DNA from: Epiperipatus broadwayi
Lineage: Eukaryota > Animalia > Onychophora
NCBI GenBank assembly: GCA_028023455.1
Contig: JAQFVV010000008.1
Span: 17,732,001-17,796,000 of the forward strand
Direction: 5' to 3'
Length of the DNA stretch: 64,000 nucleotides
In this document: positions 28,971 through 40,149 of the stretch, piece by piece
Position numbering within the stretch: position 1 is the stretch's first letter
Layout: every line of letters starts with the position of its first letter
Notes under the pieces: generated by a model
The model's input: the letters and a program-made list of their open reading frames with translations, nothing else
Told to the model about the DNA's origin: nothing
The model's database searches: none
Translations under genes and position numbers: made by a program

Positions 28971-29884
28971 ATTATAAAGAAAGAACAATTCCTCCGGACA
29001 TGTGCTTTAAGAATATCCTTGCACTCGCCCATGAGCATCAAATTTAAAAGCATAAGGGTATGCTTATACTTAGAGTTTATTATATATAAACCAGTCTTTG
29101 CTCACCGCGCTGAAATCAGGGCTTGAATCTATTATGTGCCTGAGTTATATATTATTCATTTAATTGAATAAACCTATTTAGTTTATAGCAGGAGAGACAT
29201 ACAATCCCATTTTTAATCACTTGCAATGAAATATATAGTAATTTTGAATTTACTTTTAATAAATAATCTGTTATTTATAAGCGCATCCTATGTATGTAAT
29301 ATTATAAAGAAGGAACAATCCCTCCATCATGCATTTTAAGAATCTCTCCTTGCACTCGCCCATGAGAATTGACTTTAAAAGCGTAAGTGTATACTTATGC
29401 TTAGAATTTATTTACATATAAACCAGCACAGTGAGAAATGGCTGGTTTGTATATAAATAAACTCTAAGTATAAGCATACACTTATGCTTTTAAACTCGAA
29501 GCTCATGGGTGAGCAGAAGGAGATTCTTAAAGCACATGACCAGAGAGATTGTTCCTTCTTTATAATATTACATATATAGGATGTGCTATCAACAGAATAT
29601 TTATTATCAAAATTACTATATATTTCATCACAGGTGGTTAAAAATGAGATTGTATCTCTCTCCTGCTATAAATTGAATAGATTTATCCAATTAAATTAAT
29701 AATGTATAATTAAGGCACATAATAGATTCAAGCCCTGATTTCAGCACAGCGAGCAAAAATTAGTTTATATATAAATAAATTCTAAGCATAAGTGTACACT
29801 TATGCTTTTAAAGTCGATGCTCATGGAGGAGTGCAAGAAGATTCTTAAAGTGCATGACCAGATGGATTGTTCTTTCTTTACAAT
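28971..29884. repeat. ~915-bp palindrome whose arms contain a 330-bp-period tandem duplication
   Basis: The centre is aaccagc-(13 nt)-gctggtt at 29421-29447. The module gcatcctatgtatgtaa recurs at 28953 and 29283 and is mirrored on the right arm. Confidence 0.9.
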
Positions 29885-32465
29885 ATGCAAATAATTGTAT
29901 ACTTGGGCTGCCCTGTTTAGGGATTTAAGTGACTACTACAAACATGAGAAAGACCCAGAAAATGGTTTAAAAATAGTATGTCTCACAAAATCTATTCATT
30001 TCAAAAATAATGTATCAACTAAGTTACAAATAGCCTTCTCTAATATTGTAATAAATATGATTTATTTCATTAAAATAATTAATGAAAATTATTGGCATGC
30101 TACTAACCTTTCATATAAGGTGAATTTCAACCAAGATGCTATTAATTGGAATTTTACTGACTGCAACTATTAATAAAGCAAAATAAATAATTATAAGAAT
30201 CTACTATTAGGACATTATAAATATATTCCCCAAGTCACTTTCTCCTCCATTGAGTATACAGATTACAAACATTTAACAGAATTGAAGATGTGTCTGATGT
30301 AATTGTCTAATACGATAAAGCTAAAATTAATCATTTACTAACAAAATTTAATTAAATATTAAAATTTCAATAAAGATTAAATCTTATTGGTATTTTTATT
30401 GATACTTCTTTCAGACCGCTTTCTAACCAATGAATATACAATTTCCTATAGTTTTCAATATCAAAATAGTGAAAGTTGAAGTTAAATAAAAACATCAAAA
30501 AAATCTTTGAAATTCAGCGAAGCACCTTAAGCAAATTTACCTGAAAAGCTCACAAAAATTATAACACATCCTGTAAACTATTGAAGCAGAGCTTAATAAA
30601 TTCATGTTGGCATATTTTACTTTAATTCCTGCATTGATCTATTAATAAGATGTTTATTATAAGCTGCTGCTATAATATATATGCATATACAAGTGAAATC
30701 TCAATAATCAAGCTTTCTATTCTTTGATAACTTCAATCATTTAGACAAAATAAGAGTTTCATGAATATAAATATAATTAAAAATATAATAAATTCAGTAC
30801 AATAAATAATAGACACATACATTTTAAAATTAAAAGATATTTAAATACATATTTGTAAATTAATATCTAATGATGTGAGCACCAAAAAATTCTATTTTAT
30901 TTCTTATCAGTTATAGTTGTTCTTTTTTAAAAAAATGTTTTACTTTGTCATAATATGGATTAAAATGAGAATATTTTAAAAATACATTTGGGAGGAGATA
31001 TTTGTCTCTATATTACAAAGAATAAAGCTTGCAATACTATTTTTTTTAAATATAGATTTCAATGAATTAAAAAAAAAAGATGGGGGAATTAATAACTTTT
31101 TAAAATTATTATTATATAAAAATAACAATATATATTAACTGCAATAAATTAATATTTGTTTATAATTAGGAAAAGAGTGATAAAATAATAATGTTGAATT
31201 AGACTTAAGTAAAATCATTAATCTGAATAGCTTGTAAAACAAAATGTTATATTAAAAAATATTGTGCATATATAAATCATTACTATAACAAACAAAAGAG
31301 TAGATAGCTAACTGCCCATCAGGTTTTAAAAGTCAATTGAGAATGAAATTAAACTGTTATTTACTTATTTGTATATGGATTTATTTATTTTAAGACAACT
31401 ATTAACAAAATATCATAAAGGAAATCTAATTAGGAGATATATTCATTATAGTCATTAATTATGTGATTATGATTCAGAGTTGTTTATACTTACATAGATC
31501 TATGATTGTTAAATTCTATTTATGAATAGATTATCAAGACAACCATGGCATATCTGAATCTGTTGTTAAGATTCCAATTGCATATAGGAAGATGAAAAAT
31601 CCAGATAGTTTTATTGTTGGATCTGGAAAAAGAAATTTGTTTTGGGACTCATAAGAATTAGCTTTTTCATTTTTTATCAAACAGATCATAAAGAAATATA
31701 TTAACTTGTCTAGTAAATTATGATAAATAAATTTTAAAATCTATTCCCAGTTAACCAGTCTGAAATAAGAAAAAGAAGATGAACAGTAAATATTAGAACT
31801 CTATTCTGTATTGTTATTTTAACTTAGCTTACAATTTGACTAAAATGATAATTTTGTACACTGTTGTATTACTTTTCAATTGTCATTTCTAACACAAAAG
31901 GTAAATAGTTTTTCCTACAATATTGTTGCCATTGTCCACATAAGTTTCCCATATAAATAACGAGCACAGTTGTATAGATGCAAAAGCATTCTATGGAATT
32001 TGCTTTTTTTGAAAAGATGTGTACTAATAGATTCTAGTTTATTATAATTATTATTAAATAAATTCTAGCACCATGGTTTTTATCCTGAAATTAGGAACCA
32101 ATATAGGATGATGTATTTTAGGAAGCAGAAGATAATAATGAATTTCCCAATAAACATTATATCCATATATTATTGTGATAGAGTGGAATAAATTCTGAGA
32201 ATATTCTAAATTATTAAATTTATAATATAAATCAATAAGCTAATACTCATTCCTAATTTAATAAAATTCCATCCATTCATAGTCTCTCCATTACAAATAA
32301 TATTCCATTAATAAGTTTTATCATATCATTAAAAAAAAAAAAAAATCTTACCAAACATAAACAACAAAACCAAATGAATAATTGACGCTAATTCTTGTTA
32401 CAAACAACATACAAGTCATATATGTTTGAAGACAATGGTTACTAAAAAGAAACTTTTTATTCAAT

Positions 32466-32773
32466 TGTATATATTCAAGCACGAGTGCGTGTGCGGCGCA
32501 ACTGCTCCCAAAAGCTGTAATATAAATACAAATGGCTAACTAAAATATTAAAACAGCTGAGCGCTTTCAAAGGATCTTGCCTTCATAATCATAGCTTGTT
32601 TACGTTTAAATTTATGCAAATATGCTAATTTAAACGTAAGCAAGCTATGATTATGTAGGCAAGATCCTTTGAAAGCGCTCAGCTGTTTTAATATTTTAGT
32701 TAGCCATTTGTATTTATATTACAGCTTTTGGGAGCAGTTGCGCCGCACACGCACTCGTGCTTGAATATATACA
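32466..32773. repeat. Near-perfect 308-bp palindrome (147-bp arms, 14-nt loop); young MITE-like element
   Basis: Arms 32466-32612 and 32627-32773 show only two mismatches by eye and retain their CpGs. Confidence 0.95.
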
Positions 32774-34463
32774 TTTCCCAAAAGTAAAATTATTTAACTT
32801 AATCAATTGTATACAGTATGCACATATGATTAAAATTGCATTATGATAGTTGTACTTTAATTATATATAAAGACTCATTAAAGTTTATAATGTAGTTCCA
32901 AATATATTTCAAAATAATACAATTTAATGCACTTTTTCTAATAATATAATTTATTTTTGCGCATTGTAATAGTTTCAACTGACTAGTAATCTTCATCAGA
33001 AAAAATTTATTTTTACCAAAGACAATTAAAAATCAACTTGATAAAAGTAATTTTCTTGGATGAAAACTGAAATTGTTGGGGTATGTAAATATAAAAAAAT
33101 ATTAGAAACTTGCATTAAATTGTTGCAAGCAATAACAATAGTAACTTATCTTAAACAACTTCTTGCTATAAAATTTAATATACATAATGGTACACACATA
33201 CAATTGTGAATTATGAAATCATACTTTTTTAATGAAGGCATGATCTTTTAACCTATAAATTATGCTTAATTTAATCAGCACCTTTTTTTTTTTCTCAGAT
33301 TACTGCAATATTTTGTAATTGCTTATTTTAAGACTTTATTTATATATATACATTTACAAAATTGGTTTTCAGATTTAAAAAACATGCTTAGTAATAAAAA
33401 TGAATCCAACAAATAATTTTATTTTGCTAGTGATGTTTTTACCTTTGGTTTAATAGAATGATTGTAGATAAATAAAAGCATTTTACTTAATAAAAAAAAA
33501 AATTCCTTTAACAGTTTATTAAATCGTGTAATTAAAACTTTATTTAATCTGAACTGCTACCTTAATTCAGCAATAATTATGCAGTTCTTATTTTTAGAAT
33601 ATCTTGTGATATTAGTGCAACTCACTGTTTATCTCAGTTAATGTCTATATTTCCATGAGTCACATTTTATGGAAGATTACATTAAAGGGGTACTTTGATT
33701 CATATATAAATGAAGTAATCAATTGTTAGGGTACATTTTCTGTATGTGGATGAGGGCTATAATATTATGTATATTGATGAGTTTAATCTTTTTGGATAAT
33801 ACACCCTAAGAGTTCATGAATTGAATATAGAAAACAAACTGCTGAAATAGGGATCCTGCAGCAACTCTCTATAGATGGTTTAATAAATTTGCACTATCTG
33901 TTTCTATAAGAATGTTTCTAAGAAATTATCTATTTATTTACAAAAACGTTAATTTTGTTGCATCTACAAAATACTGCATTCATTTTTTATTATGAATTTT
34001 GAATATTAGATGTTATAAAAAATTACTAAAAGATTAAGTACAAAACAATAACAAATTGTTGTTTTCTTTTATTATGAACACTATGCAAATTGTTTGATGA
34101 CACTTTAGACTCGGTTACAATTAATACAAACTAGATGAATCAAACCTTTTTATAAAAATTATCATTTCCATTTATTGCATAAATTTTTATATTGTAGATA
34201 TGATTGTATATGCAAAAAAACAACAATTGATTTATAATTTTTGAAAGCCAAATATTTTATCATCTTTAAATAGGAAACACATATTGTATATTGGTATACT
34301 TATTAAATATAACACAAATTCAATTGTTAAATCATCTAAATATTTTCAAAAAAGTAGAAACCAAGTATGTTTTCATAAATATTTTAACTGTGGGTTGACT
34401 TAAATCCATTTTAACAAATAATCATATTAATACAAAACAACGTACATATAAAATAATGCGTAC

Positions 34464-34644
34464 CACAATAGCCAAGTTTCGAAGAAATTTCTTTATCCAA
34501 TGATAATGTCCCTAAGTTTTTGTCATTTTGTACAGACGTTTGATATTTACATGATGATTCCAATAATAAGAGTCCAGGTACACGCAAAATGACCGATATA
34601 ATCGATTCTAGTTTTTCTTTAGAGAGTTTTGGAATAATTTCCAT
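34464..34644 (-). CDS. RNF145: RNF145-like, coding exon 1 (60 codons + 1 nt)
   Basis: MEIIPKLSKEKLESIISVILRVPGLLLLE resembles the RNF145 N-terminus (KEKLEAVLNVALRVP). The donor G|GTACGC at 34463 is phase 1 and joins in frame to the exon at 4152, giving 643 aa. Confidence 0.9.
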
Positions 34645-35118
34645 TTTTCATATTACCTGCTATATAATATATAACCTTTTTTTAAAATATGTGTAGTATT
34701 TGTACAAGATACCTAAAACAAAACTACAACGGAAGTTTTAGTTTAGACAAAACACCCAAATTGATAACGTGGCTGAAATTAGCAGAATATAATTTGCGCG
34801 TTTATATGTTTAAATGAATATTATTAATTATATTTACTTTTTAAAAAATAATATTTAAAAATTTTGGTATTGTAAAAATAGTAAAATTCAAGCATATTGT
34901 ATGAGAGAAACGACTGCAGAATTATTTCCAGGAACTACTTTCGCGTATTCTTAATAGCAAAATGCGACTAAACGGAAGTTGAACGTTAACCTGACTCGAA
35001 TATGGAAGTTACGAAAATTGTCTGGAATAAAAAATGAAATTATGATGGTTCGTTCGATTTCTAAACATATAAACAGAAGCAAATCACTACTTTTTATATG
35101 TATATAAAATAAGACATT
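34645..35118. promoter_or_regulatory. Putative bidirectional promoter and 5' UTRs shared by the two E3 ligase genes
   Basis: 474 bp between divergent ATGs and locally CpG-rich. It contains ACGGAAGT at 34729 and 34972, ATGGAAGT at 35002, TTCCAGGAA at 34926 and GATAACGTGGC at 34763. Confidence 0.75.
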
Positions 35119-35302
35119 ATGTCGTGGAAGGAAAGATTAATTACTGGAGTTGATATTATTCTAAGAATTCCTCCTCTATTTATAATGGATGCAATATTAA
35201 ATAAAACTTTCTTTCCTAGCATTACCAGTTTGGAGAATCATTCATTTCACTATTTTCCTGAAGGTTTTGAAGTGGTATTATGTAATCTTTTCTCATTTAT
35301 TG
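35119..35302 (+). CDS. RNF139: TRC8/RNF139-like E3 ligase, coding exon 1 (61 codons + 1 nt)
   Basis: VDIILRIPPLFIMDAIL resembles TRC8 LEVALRVPCLYIIDAIF. The donor G|GTATGT at 35303 is phase 1. Confidence 0.8.
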
Positions 35303-37043
35303 GTATGTAAAATATATTCTGTATATATTTATATATTACACGTACTCTTATTAAAATATAGTCTTTAGCCTAACTATCATAACTTTGTTTTGGGAGACGC
35401 TATATATTGCATGCGTTTCAACTTTTTTGAGTAAATTTAACTTTAAAAGCATATTTATTTATATTATGTGGCCTTAAATTTTTGTACCTTAAAGTTAATT
35501 TTGTAGTGCATAATATTGTGTACTTAAAAAGTGAATAATGTACAATATTTGTAAGTATGCAAATAACGAATGATAACTTTTATTGGCCACAAATTCCGAA
35601 TCTTTGATAATACAGTATTTATAAAGATCTATCTATTGAGTTTGAATTTATAAATTCGATTTCAAAACACTGATGTATTCTTCAGCATTTGTTATATGTT
35701 TTCGACAACAACAAAAAACAAGTAATTATTCAACTTCATATTGCAATGAACTGAAAAGAGACTGCTAAACAAAAATTACTATCAGACTTATTAAGGAGAA
35801 TAAGATTAGAAAGTTTTGAAAATTATATCACCAAAAATGTTAAAGAAAGCACACGCGTGCGTAGTTTGTCTTTAACTTGTAATTTAAATGTAGTTCTTCC
35901 AAATTTCAAGTTGTCAAAAAAAATATATTGTAAGACCCTATGTATTAAAATGGAAAATCTTTAAGAAAAAAAAAATGCTAGAAGTTATTTTGGGAAATAG
36001 TAGGTGCATTGTAGAATAAAATAATAGCAATTCTGTAAACTATAAATATATGGTTAGATTTAAAACTGTTATTAGACATTGTATTTAATCAAGGATACCA
36101 TTAATGAAAAATTACGAAGAAATAAACGTCATGTTTGAGAATATTGAAAAAGAATTCAAAAATAATGAGGATTGTAATGATGTGATGGGATATTGTGATA
36201 AAAGATTACAATTTATGAATGAGATGTAAGAAGAGGTGGAAGCTTCACATGATAAAATAAAATTAATTTTATTTTGATTAAATAGTGGAATTAATATTAA
36301 CTTTTAAAAGAGTAAACGGTGGAGGAATTGAATAGGGAAATAAATTTACAGTAGAAGGTTCCATGATAAATTCCACGAAGTAGAAAAGCCTTAATAAGGA
36401 TATGAAAATATTGAAAATCTGAACTCATTTAATATATTCAAGTTTTCATTGAAAAAAATAACAGCAGATTGTCATAAACTGAATGTAATATAGAGTAGAT
36501 GACTGAGATATAATTCTTTCCTCACAAAGGGGTGATCTTGGACTAGTCAGACTTATTTTCCTCATCTATCAAAGATTACATATAAAATGACTATTAAAAT
36601 TAACTTCTCTGGAAAGCTTCTTGGCATTGATTTCTTTGTACTTACATATTCTTTTATAGATTAGTGTATCTCTGGAGAAAAGTACTTGCATATAATTTTT
36701 GGATGTGCTGTTAATTATTATGACAAATTATTTCTGACAGATTTAAAATGACTATCCTTTTACATATTCTTTCACTATAATATAGAAAGTATATATACAA
36801 TTATTAATAAAGACATCATATTTCATTCCTTAATATATATTTGAAAAAAATTTTTTTTTAATGTTTATACGGAATGTCTTTCAATTGACTTAAAAAATTA
36901 GGGAATAAGAAATGCGCTTCATGCTATATCTCAAATAGCTTAAATACAAAGCTGGTTGACCTTTAATCTTTCCAGAATTATAAGGGTTTTATCAAAAAAT
37001 TCAGGATTATGTTTTTCTTTTACATAAATGAAATATAATAGTC

Positions 37044-37271
37044 AAAATAAGAGTCAGATCACATGACCCTATACTCTTAAGCTTGTAAGTTATAAACAAT
37101 AAGGATTGCCAATTCCTCAACAAGCTTTGTGATAAATGCTTATCTAGAGAAAGCATTTAAAATATCTCTGTCAGGACCCCCCCCCCTGCCAAACTTCTGA
37201 CCACGTTAAGCATTTATCACAAAGCTTGTTGAGGAATTGGCAATCCTCATTGTTTATGAAATATAATAGTC
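37044..37271. repeat. Insertion with 51-bp inverted arms (37092-37142 and 37207-37257) bounded by a 16-bp direct repeat
   Basis: ATGAAATATAATAGTC at 37028-37043 and 37256-37271. The arms differ at one position. Confidence 0.8.
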
Positions 37272-39651
37272 TTGTATATATAGCTATTGCCAAGTGCACA
37301 TCACGAATCACATAATGATAACTACTTTTCATGTGTAATGGCAAAATTGAAGAAAATAGAAGTGAATTCATTTTCAACAGCTTATAATTTTGGAAAACAG
37401 TAAGCATAGAAGAGTAGTGAAATAAATAGCAGTCCTATGAATTATGAATTGGTGGTTAAATTAAATGCTTTTCTTGAGGTCTTATGTTTATTCAAACACT
37501 ATCACAGATGGGTACAACATACAATAGAAATTTTCTTTCTTAATCAATAAAATTTGGCTGGAAACAATCAGTGCTCCTCTAATTTATATGGTATTCATAA
37601 AAGCCCTATTGTGATGTTTTTTGGTCTTCCTTCCTATCACTATTGATCTGAAATAGATAACATAATAGTTTAAATGGGTTTAATAATATATAAGATTGTA
37701 CACTCATGCTTTTTCTTTATCCAATCTTCATATATAACTGCAATAAACTTTTAGTAATGTATATATATAGTTTGGCTGCAGAAAGGAGATTGCTATTAAC
37801 CGAAAGGAGACTGATTTCTCTTGGAGGGCTTAAAGGAACAGCAGGCCAAACTCCTATCATCCACTATATACATTCTTGTTGTTGCAGCTGTTATTACTAT
37901 GTGATTATTCATATAGTATCTGGACATTGATGGGCTGCCCACCAGCAGTCATTAGCCAGCTTGGTAGCTTTATTGGTCTATTACGTCAGAGTTTAAGATT
38001 AAAAAGCACCATAGTCTTCTCTGTTGCTTGATAGCTCTTAACTTAAATAACAGTTTAGTTTTCTTGAAGCAGAATAAATGTGTGTGTGAAGGAACTTTTT
38101 TTTTTTTTTAATATTTATAATCATTATAGACAAAACTAAATTAGGGTCCTTATTCCTGGGAGGCTGTGAAGTCGCCAGCCAAAGGCACCTGTTCGCAGCT
38201 GAAGGTAGAAGTTGCTAAAAATCTCCTGATTGCAAACCTAAGTTGCCATTTGATGACAACTTTTTATTTAGGTATTTACAACTGCAGATCACTTTCAAAT
38301 TAAGGAAGATTGGAAGAACTGTCATATTTGAGAACGTTAAAAAAATAGTCAAAAGTAATGGGATTGGAATGTTAGGATAGAATATGGAATTTTACCAAGG
38401 ATATATCAATGTGATATATAATAGGAAGAAAACAAAAAGTTTTTGAAGAGAAAAAATATGGCCAAAATGAGTATTTCCTTTAAAAATCATAGAAGCTTCA
38501 GATGGTAAAATCAGATGTATATAGCATTGACTTAAATAGACATTATAATTTAAAATGATGGAATGGATGTCAAAAGTGACCATTGGTAAATATGAAACAG
38601 ATATTGAAGGGAAAAGTAGGTGAGGTGGATTTATTGGATAGGAGAATAAGTTTATGGTAGAAAACTCGGTAGTAAATTCTCTAATGTAAAAATTTTATAA
38701 TAAAGATATAAAAAATTTGGAAATATTGGTATATTTAAACTTCTACTTAAATAACTAAAAATGTCATAAATGAAAGGTGATCTTTTTCAATAGAAGATGG
38801 GCATAATTATCTTAAGCTACTTAGTAAGTTCTCGGACTGCACCTTAATTTATTTTCATGATTTAGCTAAGATTAAATCTAAAATATTAATGGCTTCCTTA
38901 GTACTTGCATATTTTTTTTACAATTACATGTTTTTGTTGAGAGAAAAAGTATTCACATAGAATTTTTGTATATATAATTGAATTTACAGTGAAAATTATT
39001 ATTGGCAAATTTAAATACACTTTTTTGTAGTGGCTATCAATTCTTTTACATATTCCGCCATTATTAGAAAGCAAGCTTCACAAATTTATGTAAAGCTATT
39101 AATTAGATTAGATTTACCGTCACACCAAAATATAATTGCATTATTTAATATATGCCTCTCTTTTTGATGTTTCTGCAGAATAGCTTCCAAATGACTGAAA
39201 AATTATATAAGAATTAGTTTTCAAGCAAGATTTTAGAATTTTTTTTTCCAAATGTTACTAGGATCTCATCAGTAGGTTCAGGTTTATATTTATCTGCTTC
39301 AGAAATGAAATTTAACAGGCTCTGACTTAAATAGCTATTGTCAAGTGCTATTTTGAACCTCATAATAAATGATTGTATATAAAACCAAAATTTAGTAATA
39401 GATGGAATAAACTTGTCATTGAAAAATTCATAGTAAATTACAGATTAGATAACCTATAAAAAAAGTATTATTAGTAATGTTATGAGTATGACTATTTTAA
39501 TTTCAGATAAAACTAAAAAAAAAGTATAAAGAGAAAGTCACAAAAAAAGTGAATGAATTTTATGATCATTAGACAAATAAATATATATCACATACTTGTA
39601 ATTATATATTGGATTATTTCCATCATCTAATATTAATTGTCAAATTTATTA

Positions 39652-40009
39652 GAAAAATTCAAACTTTATTTAAACTTTTCAAATACATTGAATTGTTAAT
39701 AATATTGCACAGATTAATATGTAACAACATTTCGATTGGTATTATTTTTCTCTCTTCAGATGCTTCTAGTCTAACCAGTGTTAGTACTAACAAAGGAATC
39801 AAACCTGGAATGTTTAGTTGATTTAGAGAATGTTGCCTAAATTCAATATTCATTAATCTAAAGATTGCAAGTTCATTTCCTTTGCTAGTACAGTCAGGCC
39901 AGCAATGTCTGAAGAAGAAAAGAATAATACCAATTGAAATGCTTTCATAATCTATCTTATTACTAGCAGTTGAATGTGTTTGAAAAGTTTAAATAAAGTT
40001 TGAATTTTT
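39652..40009. repeat. Older ~360-bp fold-back palindrome
   Basis: aaaaattcaaactttatttaaacttttcaaa pairs with tttgaaaagtttaaataaagtttgaattttt. Pairing continues degenerately to the centre near 39828. Confidence 0.85.
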
Positions 40010-40149
40010 TTAAAAACAGATGATAGAAATAGTCTAACACGTAATTACAACAATGATATCATCATCATAAGTTTTCAGACAAATATATACCATCTCTTTA
40101 GTTTTAATTTGATATATTATATTTTAATTTACTTCTGAAACAAACTTTA

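Larger units (their letters stand above)
4153..34463 (-). other. Intron of the RNF145-like gene (30,311 bp)
   Basis: GT...AG boundaries with compatible phase. The spliced protein aligns to RNF145 without a gap, so no additional coding exon is needed. Confidence 0.85.

Noticed and set aside
36100-36420. Purine-rich coiled-coil-like broken frame
   Set aside because: Possibly a gag relic, but too decayed to classify.
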